Positions 12,718 to 25,814 of a DNA stretch of 64,000 nucleotides are shown one piece after another. The position numbers were made by a program, and so were the translations under genes. The DNA lies in assembly GCA_964234715.1 (NCBI GenBank), contig OZ174279.1; one strand, written 5' to 3'. Source of the stretch: Podarcis melisellensis. Lineage: Eukaryota. The first letter of the stretch is position 1; the number at the start of each line of letters is the position of its first letter. The notes beneath the pieces are model-generated. The model was not told the DNA's origin, did no database searches, and was given only the letters and a program-made list of their open reading frames with translations.

Positions 12718-14553
12718 AGGAAAGATGGAACATTTGGGAAGGTTCTTAATCTCATTTTTCTCCCTTTCTTACCCCCCTTCTTCTTCTTCTTCGTCTTCTT
12801 TTTACCTTTTGGAGATTATTCAGTTGCACAAGCAACTGTTTATCCAGAAGGCTACTGCTTTGGACCAAGTCAAAGTCTTAGTTCAATCTTCTAGCGCCCC
12901 CAACAATGCTAATTCTTTATGCTGTTTTGAGTTTGAAAGCAAACAAGTCTTGAAAAGCTTGAAGTAAGATGTGTCTTAAGAAATGATATACTAATATCAC
13001 ACAGGGTCATTGCATAGGATTGGACTATGTGCGATAAAGCTGAAACGTAAATCTCATCTATATAAAGGACGGAAGCACCTAGAAAAGTTTGAAACAAAAC
13101 AGAAGACTCAAATCTACACTATTCTCATTCTCGACTCTAAAGACAATATCCCTTGAAGTTCAGTGTTTCATCAAAATGTTCCTTGAACCAAAATCATACC
13201 CCAAACTTATGCACAATAGCAATGCCTTTGCTATAATGGTTTAATTTTCCAGTAATGTGACAAAGTTTATTGGATTTTGTGTGTATAATTATGGAATGGA
13301 TTAGCTGAGTTTGGTTCAGTGCATCTGATTATTTTCTGGCCTTTAGGGAAATGCGCTAAACCCCTAATATGTCCACTGCCCCCCAAGCAGTCTTTTTTTG
13401 AAGGCACCGCACAAAATGTGGTCTCTNNNNNNNNNNNNNNNNNNNNNNNNNNNNNNNNNNNNNNNNNNNNNNNNNNNNNNNNNNNNNNNNNNNNNNNNNN
13501 NNNNNNNNNNNNNNNNNNNNNNNNNNNNNNNNNNNNNNNNNNNNNNNNNNNNNNNNNNNNNNNNNNNNNNNNNNNNNNNNNNNNNNNNNNNNNNNNNNNN
13601 NNNNNNNNNNNNNNNNNNNNNNNNNNNNNNNNNNNNNNNNNNNNNNNNNNNNNNNNNNNNNNNNNNNNNNNNNNNNNNNNNNNNNNTACATGAACTTGAA
13701 AGTTCTTTAACTTTTATTTGACTTTTTTCTTCTGTACATAGATGATTTGTGTTGGTAAAAAACACACACATTAAATTGGTATACACAGTACATTATTATT
13801 ATTATTATTGTCTTACTGTAGATCTTTCAAATAAACAGATAGAAAATGTTCAATATCTTGAAAATTTAAACCTATTGCTAGTCCTCATTGAAGTCTAGGT
13901 AAATAAAAGCTCTGAGTTTGTCTACTGAATCACAGATATTTTCAACTTGGATATGTTCATTTTCTTCTGTGACACAACATTGCCTTTGTTGTTCCACTAA
14001 GCCATAATTACTACAGCAATTTTCGTTATATCATATTTGATGGTATAATATTTGTCCGTAGTATTTGTTCTAATGACAAAACACCCATGCTTCCTCAGTC
14101 AAAACAGTATAAGCCAAAGGTTAGCACAATTTTCTTGAATAAGGCAGTACAGTGCTGAGTTTGATGGTAAATTGGCAGAAGGTTCTTCAGATTTCAGTTG
14201 TGCTCCATCAAGAGTTGAGACAAAATATTGTTTGTTTTGTTAAATCATAAAATACTTTAAAAATCAAATATATCCACCATTTCATCTGTAGATGTCTGCC
14301 CATAGTACAAGCAACACAGTGGTCTAATGTGTAACAAGTTCCTAAAAATATGGTGGCATATAAACTGGAACAATGCCAGCACCATGTTCTGTGTCAAACA
14401 AACTATAGGATCTCTGCTGAGGGCAAAGCAGGTAGTCTACACTGTCTTCAGGCATGAGTTATAGTTGTGATTGGTTTAGAGTTGCGACGCAAATGTTTTA
14501 GATCTGGGAATATGTGTGATAGTGAAGCTAACGTTTCTTCTATTTAAAAAAAG

Positions 14554-14579
14554 GTGTGTGTGTGTGTGTGTGTGTGTGT
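14554..14579. repeat. (GT)n microsatellite
   Basis: Directly visible. Confidence 0.95.
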
Positions 14580-17500
14580 GCCTGTAAAAGAGGGAGAGAA
14601 GATGAGAATTCCAGTCTTCTATAACTGTAATCTTAGAGGCTGGGTAATGCGTTTGGAGACATGACATATTCCTACTGAATAAAAATCAGGAGACCCTTTC
14701 CAAAATTGCCAGCAAAAGGGTCTAGTGAAGATAGGTATGAAAGGCTCCCCCTTCCTCTCCCTAGCTGTCTACGAGCAGTAAAGCAGGTGGCTCCCCGTGG
14801 CTGACTTTTCATGACAACATGCCATTAGAAATTGTGGTCCTGTTGATCAATCCACTCGACATGACAGCTTTGCCGCAAGGCCTGGCTCTTTGAGCACCAG
14901 CGCTGTGGCTTTTCCCTCCTTTTTTCCTGCACTAATTGGTGAAAGTTTTTACTGTGCTTGTGGCATAGGAAATTCTTTTGAACATTGTCACAATCAAGTG
15001 TTGACTTCTTTAGAATTGCAAGTAGGTTAAGTGAGTATCAACATAGCAATATCTTTTTAGGGCTTCTCTCCCCCCCCCCCCGGTGTTAATTTAAATTTTA
15101 TTAGAAACAAATTCTTGAGGGGAAAAAATAGTTTTCTAGAAACAGTATTTCTACAAAATAATATTTTGGTGCTGAGCACCAAAGTATATTCCTTCTGAGG
15201 GGAAAAATATGGCAGAATTGTATGGCAGAAATGTTGAGATATGTTTTCCTCAGAATACTGGAAATTTCATATACTGGGAAAATTAAAGGTATAATACATC
15301 TTTTAATTTTCCTGTCCTTGATTTTTAAAAAGAACCGTTTTTAGAGTGCAATCCTTTGCATGCTTGCACAGAAGTAAACCTGCTATGCTCAGTGGGATCA
15401 GGATTGCTGCTTTAGTTTGTGTAAAGTTGTTCCTGTACACAGCTTAAAAATATATATATTTGAGGTACCTTCCCTCAAAATTTTCTTCAAAAATTGCCCT
15501 AATATTTAACGTTGATTAAGTATTAAGGATTATTGTTCTTTTGCTATGCTAATACAGAAAGTTGTTGACTAAATAATGCGTGTCTCCATGAGGAGAAAAA
15601 GAGCAAATATTCACCATATATATTATTTACTTTTATAATTCCATTGGATTTCTGCCTTCAGTATGATGTTCAAGAAAATGCTTATAATCTATTAGTGGCA
15701 CAAAGGATTGTTTGATTTAATATATAACAGGATCTACATAAGTGAACTTATAAATATATAGATTTAAGTTCCTCGGTATTTAATCTTTAGTATTTAAGCA
15801 CTGATTTATTCTGTTTTTCAGGCAACATGATGCTTGCCTCTTTCTATATTTGATAAACTGTTTGAAATCCTTTTGTTGTACCTAATAATCGTATATCCCA
15901 AGGTACATGCATTAAAGAAAGTGTTATTTAATGCGAACATATTGCATGAAGTTATTTGGAATTCATATGAAGAACAAACAAGGACTCGTTGTTTATACAA
16001 GTGGCAAAAAGACAGAAAAGCGAGTATGTGAAGCTTGCAAATAGCTGCTAGTTCCCACAACACATCGTACAAGAAGGCTAAAATAATTGTGTAACTTCTA
16101 GCCCAAAGCTCAGTTTTATTTGCAGTAAATAGTAGGTATTTCAGTGTGATTTTGCCAGTACAAATACCAAAAATTGTTATAGTTTAAATGCAGAACACGA
16201 GCAACATTTCTTTTTTGCAACTGTAATTGCTGCCATGATTTTTTTTTTGTACTTCAGATGCCCAAATTGAAAGGAGCATAAATTCATATAATTAATTTTG
16301 CCACTGTAAAAATCATTTGCTAAAATTTGCATTATTAACATTATCAAGTCGCTGGTTGGTAAGACATCAGACATGACGAGTGAGAAGGGCAGCTTAGGGA
16401 GAATTGGGCTTTAAACCCTCAGCAGATCGGAGTTAGGATCAAAGGCACTTGTTTTATGTGGCTGTGTGAGACTTTGAAGTCCTGACTGCACCTACAGCAC
16501 TCATTTCATCAGGTTCACTGGTGTCTTAATAGCAGATCAATAAGTTTCAAAGTCGGAGAGTTAATTTGATACTAGTGCTGATGCAGTCGTGCTGGGGAAG
16601 CAGAGAGAGGCAGAGAAAGCAGCCTATTAAGAACTGAGATGGGGATAGGTGTCTGATGGTGTTGATTGGTATCCACAAAATCCCAAATTGTAAATATTGA
16701 CCTAAAAATTTGCAAGCTCTAACATATTATTAAAGGGAAATGAGATGTTGGCTTTATTGAAGGAGATTATAAGCTACTGGTTTACTGTTGTGACCAGTAT
16801 CGGGTTTGGTAATACAGGCATCGAAGTAAATTTCCATTTAATGTAGAATAAATAGGCCTGAACAAAGCCCAAAGCATAGTACCTCTTGAAGATGATAAGT
16901 CTCTTATTACTCCAAAAGAGGGTATACAAATGATAGAAAATGTTCGTTTCTTTTTCCTTTCTTACTCAGCTTTCTTTCCTACCGCAGTGTTGCTTGTTCA
17001 CACTGAGGGGCGGGGGGCGGGGGGAATGGATTTTAAGACAAAGGAAGTTCACCCTATTATTAAAACCCATAGGAAAATAATTATATATAAATAAATATTC
17101 TTTTATTCTACCTTTCGCAATTTTTGGATGCTTACGGTAATGGCCAAAAAATATTTTTATGACAAAGAAAATGATGTATGGGTATGTCGGTCTTTTGAAG
17201 GCACCCTAAACCCAAATAAATGAAACAAAAATCTGCTTAGACAAAGTGCATTGAAAGAAGGTTGCGTTTTATTGCACTTTTTTTCCCCTGTACCAAAGAG
17301 GTGGCTGTGGGTGGAAATGATTCCCAAAACTCGGCAACAGTGTTCTTGTTTTATAGAAAAATCAATATACTAAAGAAGATTGTTACCTATTATTATTATT
17401 ATTTATTATTATTATTTGTCTTGACAAGGTTGATGGTATCGATAAAAACTGCTCCTAGAGAGAGAGAGGGCACACACATACGCAAATGCAAAACCCCTTT

Positions 17501-17639
17501 GAAAAGGAGATTTCTTTTAAAAAAAATAAATCATAAGAACTTTTCCATCTGTATGTACGGCAGAGGTTTCCTGGCACCAGAGGTCAACTTCACACCCTTT
17601 TGGAACAAAACTCTAATTTAGAATGTTCATCTAAGGGTT

Positions 17640-20400
17640 GATAATGGTATTAGGGGGCCAGTAGGCTGGTCAGTGGGAGCTGTAGATTAGCGCAGTAGCC
17701 TCAACAGCTTTACCTAGACCCCCATGATTCATTGGACAGATTAGCTATCACATCTGTCATTTTTATCCCCTTTCGTTCTCCCCCTTTTACCACATTTAAA
17801 ATAAGAAACTTCTCCCCAAAATGGAGGGAGGGGGAGGATTAACAAATATGATCTCGGGAGCAATTTCTGCGAAAGAAGCCACCAAAGGTATGTTCCAAAA
17901 CGCGCCTGTAAAAATCACATGCCCAGGTATATAAATTAAGTAACTGATTTGATCTGTGTGGGTGTGGGTGGGTGGGTGGGTGAATTGGATACAGCAGTGG
18001 ATACAGATAAATTGGTTAAAACAGGTAAGAGACAACTTTTTAAGATGTGATTTATTTTAAAACAGCGAGCGTTGAACTGCTCTAGTAGCTCAGCTCTGTG
18101 TGGTCATTTTTCAAAATCTTTCCAGTATTTCCTTCGGTTTCCATTCGCTCCTTTTGATTTCACGAATCCATTAATTATCATAAGGCATAATGCACGACTT
18201 TTCATGTTCAAAAGTTGGGACCTGGTTGAATTCAAATTAACAAGTTTGATCTCTTCCGAGTCCAAGGGAGACCACTTTCCGCTTACTGGTTCGTTAATGG
18301 TTGTTCTTGGGTTCTTCAAGTGTTGTTTCCTGTGTGTTTATTACAGAAAGATGTCACCATTAAAAGGGAATTTAAGAGTTTCTGTAAATGTAATGGTTCA
18401 TCCAGAATAAAGTGAGTGAGACAGTTCTTGGAAACTAGGGAATTGGAGTAGAAGGAATTGTAGCTGATGAAGGTGTCTCTTGTCAAAATTGTGTAGGAAT
18501 TATTTACTGTGCTGTCTTTTCTGAGCTGCTAGACTAAAAGTGAAGACATGGAAAATTATCCCAGATGGGATGAATTGCTCCTTCTCTGTTCTTTTTTTTA
18601 AGGAAAAAAGATTTCAGAAAAAGTCTTCTTTTTCTTAGAACAGTATGAATAAAAATCTGGACAGCTGTCAAAAAATATATGCAGTCTGTATTTTTCTAAA
18701 AAAATAAAAATAAAAATCTAACAATAAGCATAACTAAATAGCTTCAATAGTCTATATCTCACCCCCCCTCCCCAAATAATGATCTGTACTTCATTAAAAG
18801 AGTATTAATCTAGTTGCCGGTCTCTTGGGAGACACCTTAAGATGATGATATTGTGGGGGGAGGGGGTTCCCCCCNNNNNNNNNNNNNNNNNNNNNNNNNN
18901 NNNNNNNNNNNNNNNNNNNNNNNNNNNNNNNNNNNNNNNNNNNNNNNNNNNNNNNNNNNNNNNNNNNNNNNNNNNNNNNNNNNNNNNNNNNNNNNNNNNN
19001 NNNNNNNNNNNNNNNNNNNNNNNNNNNNNNNNNNNNNNNNNNNNNNNNNNNNNNNNNNNNNNNNNNNNNNNNNNNNNNGCATCAGAGCTACGCAAGGTGG
19101 CAAGATAATTTGTGCTGGTTTGCTGAGCTGAAGGCTTTTAAAGTCTATAGCAAAAAGCTAGGTACCACAAACAAAAAAGAGAAAGGGGAAAAAGTTCTGA
19201 AGCATTGGAAGGCAGGGCGGCGGAAGTANNNNNNNNNNNNNNNNNNNNNNNNNNNNNNNNNNNNNNNNNNNNNNNNNNNNNNNNNNNNNNNNNNNNNNNN
19301 NNNNNNNNNNNNNNNNNNNNNNNNNNNNNNNNNNNNNNNNNNNNNNNNNNNNNNNNNNNNNNNNNNNNNNNNNNNNNNNNNNNNNNNNNNNNNNNNNNNN
19401 NNNNNNNNNNNNNNNNNNNNNNNNNNNNNNNNNNNNNNNNNNNNNNNNNNNNNNNNNNNNNNNNNGAAGACATCCGCAAGTTTCTGTGATTTTTACTTAA
19501 AACCATGGGAAAAATTACATACTAAATGCTTCTGTTTTTGTTTTTTTTTTGTCTGCTTTTTAGACATTATGCTATACTTTTTTAAAGTCTTTATAAAAAT
19601 AGAATTCAATTATTGCTGTTGACAGGAATTTGGGAATGGGGGAATTTTTGTAAGCAAGGGGGTGGAAAGAGCGGAACAATCTTCTACCTTTTACTGAAAT
19701 TGAACCACCGGCTTCCCCCAATTGAGTGGCATCAAATAGCCATTAAAGCTTCATTTCATTGACGAGCAGCAAAGCAGTGCTTTCACCAAGTTAGGTGAAC
19801 TTTGGAGAACTGAGATTTCCTTTATATTTGCCAAGTCGGCAAACAAAATATCGGCTTTTGTTCTTTAGACTGAATATACAGAGTTTTGTGGGAAGGAGGG
19901 GAGAGAGAAACGAGAGCTTTTTCACTTTTTTGTGGATTTGCATTGAATCAGGGGGAGAGGCGAGTATTGTTCATTTTCCTACCATGCGAGATAATTCTAT
20001 GAATGGAACTGGACTTGAGCATCTTTTCTGAAGAGCTGGCGTTGCAGAGCTGCTTCCCGTGTGTTTATCTGCTCAGCGCAGCTCAGTGGTGAATGGCTTA
20101 GGTAGGGTGCTGCCCTCCAGTGGATCAACCAACGGCAGTCTTATTGCACATCATGTAGGTATGTTAATATAACAAGCGGCAGCATGCTTGAAACCAGGCA
20201 GCGTGAAGCATCCTGATTAAAACTGTTGTAAATGGTAAGCTAAACCTTTTCCTCTTTCCCACAAGGCTAGCAGAGTGAGGCATTGCTTTTAATGAATCGG
20301 CACTGATACTTTCATTTCTGTCGCATGTTCTTGTTGCATGTTAATTTTTCTCTGTTCGGAGCATTTTAAGATTGACGGGTTTAAAGCATAGCAAAGAGTT
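17640..20400 (+). promoter_or_regulatory. TCF7L2: Candidate intronic alternative promoter and first-exon cluster (truncated, dominant-negative TCF7L2 type)
   Basis: No recognisable transposon, more CpG than the flanks. TATATAAA at 17928, GGGCGG plus CGGAAGT at 19215-19227, donor-like sites at 18025, 18412, 20159 and 20235. Internal promoters in this intron are established in mammals. Confidence 0.55.
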
Positions 20401-22980
20401 TTTGTCTTTTAAAAGAAGCTTCAGAGTTTGGGAACTTTAGCATGGACAAAGTGATCTCTGTCATCATTAGCAACTAACCCTTTGCCTTTTTCTTCTTCTT
20501 GGAGACACACAATATTCTTCAGTGCTTTGCTCCTCAAGGTTAGGTTAAGTAAGGCCACCACTTTCCTTCCATCAACGAAAAGTTGTCTTAGGGAAGCCGA
20601 ATGTTTGGGGGATTCCTCCCCTTGTAGAAAATCTCATGGTAATACTTGTTCCCCTGTTCCCATAAATAATAAAGTTTGCTTTAACATCTGTGTGCTGGAC
20701 CTAAGAAGAATCTGATATTGAACAGCAGATCCATTTGGTCTCTCCCATGTGTAATTGCAACTTCATTGCAACAAGAGGAGGGTTCTATCCCTCCACAGAG
20801 GTACTATCACAGCTTATTTTGCTAACTTTCAGATATTTTGTTTCTTAATTAGTTGGGTTTCTGTTCTTAGACTGTGCTTACTTCTCTGACATTTCAACAC
20901 CCCCTGCCCCCGCAAACCCAAATATTTTTGGAAATTTTAATTGTAGGACGCTAACTAGATGACTGCTCTCCGCAGTGCTTTCAGATCAGTTCTGCTGAGA
21001 AACTATTTTTTGAGGAAACTTGGTAGGTGCATGCGTTGCTTATAGGAAAGAAGTAAAGAAAAAAATACTGGGCATTATACTGTTGTGCTTCCTCAACCCC
21101 CCCCCCCCAATGTTGCTTCCCTCTGCCTCCTGTTTTTGGGATATCCAAGAAAAGGAAAGCCTCGGTTTAAAAGCTGCCCATCCTATTTGCTGCACTTTAT
21201 AAGTTATTGTTGCTAAATGATTGGGAACTGTCCATCACCAGCCAGAGAACTTGCAGTTTACTTAAGAAATTGCACGTGGGACAAAAGCAGCCGCTGGAGT
21301 GTGGTGGCCGCTGTGAATAGAGGGAGGGAAGGCAATTAGTTGCCGTGTTGTTGGAGCTTTTTACTTGTCAAACTGGAGCCTCATTGCTTTTGTTATTGCC
21401 ATGTAAAGGGAAATTGCAGGGTTTTGTTTTGGTATTAAGGGCCTTAACGGTTGCTGGCTGACACTTTACGTGCAAAGGCCAGATAAGTGCGGAAAAGGAT
21501 GGTGGTAAGAAAAGCAAACAGAAGAACTTTCTGTCTCCGTTGATTACATTCTGGCGAGTGTCTCCAGATTCTTAAGGTTTTGTCTCCACTTCTGAATTGC
21601 AGATTAGTCTGTACACCTGTAAAGTAATAATAGCAACAATAGTAATTAATACAGCAGGACAACATTGCAGTGACTTCTGTAGTGATTAGCGCAGCATAAG
21701 TTTTGAAACTGTCTTAAAAATCATTGTGTAGGTTATATTACTATATATAAAGGTATAAGGGTTTATGACAGGTCTTCTTCACATCTCCTCCAGATGAGTA
21801 TAAAATCTTTGTGGGTTTTGGACAATTCAGAAACTTTTTTGCTCTGATAAAATTAACTTGCACACCGAACTACTAATCATACTGAACCACAGATAGTTTT
21901 ACCTATCCATTGTGCTTAACTATATTACTGGCGCTTTCTTGTCAGGTATTTTGAGAGGTATCCACTATAGGTTTGACCGCATTCCCCCATAAAAACCAGA
22001 GCTGCCTTTGCGATTTTTGTTTCTTAAGTCAATACCAATCACAAAGGATGGATAACTTATGAATGTAGATGAAAAAAGAAACAGTTTTTCAGTTCGTGGA
22101 GGAATCTGCTCTCCCTTTTAAGCTCGTGCTTACAGAAACCAAAATATGCTTGCTGTAGCGAAATACCTTAGACAGTAAGACTGTAGAAAACTTGATGAGC
22201 ATTTCTTATACTGTTTTCATGTGAACCAACCTGTTTAAACCAAGAACCAAAAAATTTAATATTGGTAAAAGTTGGGGGCAAAGGAGAGTGATTACTAATG
22301 TGTCAAAATGATAACAAAATCAACTGCTTCCTGCAGGTCTCTCCTGAAGAAATTTGTTTGGTGGGAACTGACAGTGACTGCTTGTTACACTTAGGTGCTC
22401 CTGCTCCCTCATGGCTATCCGTTGTTGCCTCACTACGCATAGCATTACCTGTAACTATCTGAATCGTAGTAGCGTTGTCATTTATTTCCAAGGTAACTGC
22501 TTCTTTAGCTATCCTTAGCAAGCAAACGGAGGGGCGGTTGGGGGGTGTGTGTGTTTGACAGTAAGAGAATTTGTGTATCAGAAAACCGAAGTGATTATTT
22601 CAAGTTTCGAAATCTGCAACAGAGACAATCTTAGAAAATAAGACACCTTCTCTCACAGCCGACATCCGATGTCATGATGGATGCGGAGCATTCAGGGAAC
22701 GCCAGGCCTCAAATCTGGAAACATCTTGATCTTTTAGGACTGTACTTTAAGTGAAAAAACGCAGGCGGGGGATGGGAGGGAGTCAGAAAGTGAAAAGCTG
22801 CAAGGGAAATAATACAAAGCTAGTACAATTGGCATCTAGACAGTGAAGGGGGAAAAAGTTTATGAGATTAAGAGTGGGAAAGACAAAGCCGTTATGTACC
22901 CGAGGGATGCAATTTTAGTGGGAATGGAAGATTTGAGTGGTAAAGGAGGAGCACTCGCCTCTGGGTTCTCTCTGTTTCAG

Positions 22981-23016
22981 CAGTTTGGCTGTTGGCATCT
23001 CAATTTGAATTGCTGG
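22981..23016 (+). CDS. TCF7L2: Candidate in-frame 36-nt exon (QFGCWHLNLNCW), or the 3' end of an alternative first exon
   Basis: Acceptor ttctctctgtttcag|cag (tandem AG) and donor TGG|gtgagt; phase 0, no stop, compatible with exon 6. Confidence 0.5.
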
Positions 23017-23037
23017 GTGAGTAGCATTTGTGTTTAA

Positions 23038-23082
<45 letters not shown>
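23038..23082. repeat. Compound (GT)n(GA)n microsatellite
   Basis: Directly visible; starts about 21 nt after the candidate donor at 23017. Confidence 0.95.
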
Positions 23083-23087
<5 letters not shown>

Positions 23088-25717
23088 CTTGACCATTGAA
23101 CTAGTTGTGTGACTTGTTTTTATTCGTGTCTGTGGAAGCATTTTTTAAAAGGAAGATAGAACAGTCAATTCAAGCTATGACCTTTGTTCAATACTAAAAA
23201 AAAAATACAGTGCGAGTCAGTTTAGGGGAGGGGGTAGAATGACTTGTCAGTGACAGTTCTTAACATACTGTAATAGTTACAAAACAACACAAAGCATGCA
23301 TGTCCTTTTCATCACATGCAAAGGCCTGGAACAATTAAAAAATAATTGTTGGAGGGGATTTTTCTTTTGCCTTTTCTTCTTCTTGGAGAGCAGTTCTCTT
23401 TTTCGTTGCGGAGTGTTGTCATAGGGAAAAGGCCATTTCATAATATACAGCTGGTTGTATTTATTGAGCTAAAGCTGTTGAGTGGAGCTTGCCAACAAAA
23501 GCAAGTGTGCATGCGTACATGTATTTTTTTGTATATGTACTGTGATAGGTGTATGTAGCATAACAAAACATTCCCTTTTTATTTATTTGTTATGTTTGCT
23601 TCAGAATTTTATTTGATTGTGCAGGTATTTCATCTCTTAGTTATTCTCTGCTTTGGAAGCCAAGCCTTATTTCTGCTTGACAGACATAAGTATTTACATT
23701 AGTAAAGTAAGTTCTGCTGATTTTAAGTGCCTGATTTCCACAGTGGAGGTTTTTTTTTAATTTTAAAAAATGATAATGTAGTATTTAAATTTTCTACAGT
23801 CTTAACCTTACATATTACTTGTTTAAATGCCCCATTCACCTTCACCCGAGGTGTTAATTTGAGTAGATTTGTTAAACATGTGCTCTTTCGAATGGTTCTG
23901 GGTTCCATGTGGAAATAAATTGGATTCAGTGAGGACAATATTCATTTACTCTATTAGGAACATAGAAGAGACAACAAGTTGTTATAGTAATTATTTGCAT
24001 TGCAAAGATATCCAAAAGATGTTAATTGAAAAGATACATATACTTCAGTGCTTGTGACAAGAAAAATGCATTCAGGGGTTTTTCAGGACGCATCTATGGG
24101 GATGCAGAACATACCTTGCTTGCTATGCTGTAATTACCAAGCTCTGCTTCACTGAGGTTTAGGCCTCGTTATGGATAGCCTTCCCTATCTAATGTCTTCA
24201 AAAAATGGTTGAAATGCTATTATATATCATTTTTATCTTTCAGTTTTCAGTGATCCTCTCGTGTGTGTATGTGTGTGTGTTTAAATATTTTGTGGACTAA
24301 AAGATTCTCAAAGACGAGAGTTTGGCTTAACGTCTCTCTATGTCTTTATAGTTGTGGATATTAAACTGTTACATAACGCACATAAGTTAATAAAAATGAT
24401 CTTTTATAGACTATGTAATAATGAAATGCATATTTATATAGGATATTGGAGAATTTATAATATTGAATTTTATTTTTTAAATGCTGTCTTACTGTTGCGA
24501 TAAAAACTACATACATATGAATTGCAGTTAATTTAGTTTTCTCTCATTTCACTCTCCCCTTTATCCAAACCATCTCTTCATCCTCAAATACATGCAGACT
24601 TTGGTTCTGAATAGCTTTTCTACTGTATATAAATATGTTTTCCCTTGCCTGGGCCGTGTGTGTGTTGTTTTGTTTTGTCTGCACATAATAGAGACCTGCA
24701 TAAACAAGTGCATGAGTTGGCACACCACAGTTTTCCCCTCCTGTGTTCTGGAAATCAAAAACTAAAGCGTTTAGATAATTTTTACCTTGATAGTGATTCA
24801 TATGAAAGAGGAAGCCAATCTTTCCTCTAAATACATTTGGAACAAAACAGCACAACCTCGTTCTATCTGTACATTATTCCTGAATTCCAAAGCACAGTTA
24901 TATGCTTTTTTGCGTGCGTGTATTGTTACTTGTTTTGTGATTGGTTTCATTTGTTTCTGTGTTTTAGAAGAGGTTGTCACTGGGCTCTTGATCTTTATCC
25001 GTATTATATCTCAGTGTATAACAACCTAAAACAAATTATGTAGATGAGTTTAAATATAAAGTAGAATGAAATTAGTGCTTGTTTCAAAGTTTCTATCAAG
25101 AATTTGGTAGGTGGGGAGGCGGCAGATTGTGATGGCTGTCCGTTTTTCCATCACAACTTCTTGTATTAGGCATACACCTGTGGGTTTCAATCTTTAATCC
25201 TTTTATAATGCTGGTAAAACTAACCTGGAATTACGTAGGCCACAATTTTTAAATGGCTAGTTATTTAACAGGCTGCTAAATTGTTTCAAGTGATAAAAAA
25301 CTAAGCATTGTTGTCACTTCATAAAGAAATTAGCATGAATTAGGAAAAAACCATGTTTAATGTATTAACTTGTAGGGTTTTTTTGCAGAACTTTTAAAAG
25401 CTAACACTGACTGACATGATATTGATTGTTCCCAAAATCTTCTTGCCGGAGTATTTAGATCTCACCCCAAAATAAAATAAAATAAAACCTCCCTGTAAAA
25501 GAATATTTCATGTATATTATCACATTTATTACCTGTACATTCTGGCCTATGTCACATGCTATTATGAAACACGGTTGGTTTTCTCTCCATCAAAAGTAGC
25601 ATTAAAATAACAGCAATCTTTTTTTAAAAAAAAATGCATTTGTTTTAATCTTATTGTTTGAGGTACTATGTATAGTTTTCTTTCTCCTAAGCAAGTGGTA
25701 AAATCCTAATGATTTCA

Positions 25718-25814
25718 GTTACAGACCGATCCTAGCCATGTTTACTTGGAAGCAAGTCGCCCTGAGTTTGTTGGAACTTGTTTCCTGGTAGGTATTCTTA
25801 GGATTGTATCCTTA
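25718..25814. mobile_element. Short palindromic squamate repeat (MITE-like)
   Basis: atcctagccatgtttacttggaagcaagtc...acttgtttcctggtaggtattcttaggat; same family as the 10655 and 51676 copies. Confidence 0.6.

Noticed and set aside
18548-18646. ATG in good Kozak context (MENYPRWDELLLLCSFF) upstream of ACA|GTATGA
   Set aside because: As assembled it stops at TAA (18599-18601). One more T in the homopolymer would open the frame to the donor, but there is no evidence for that and the donor is weak.
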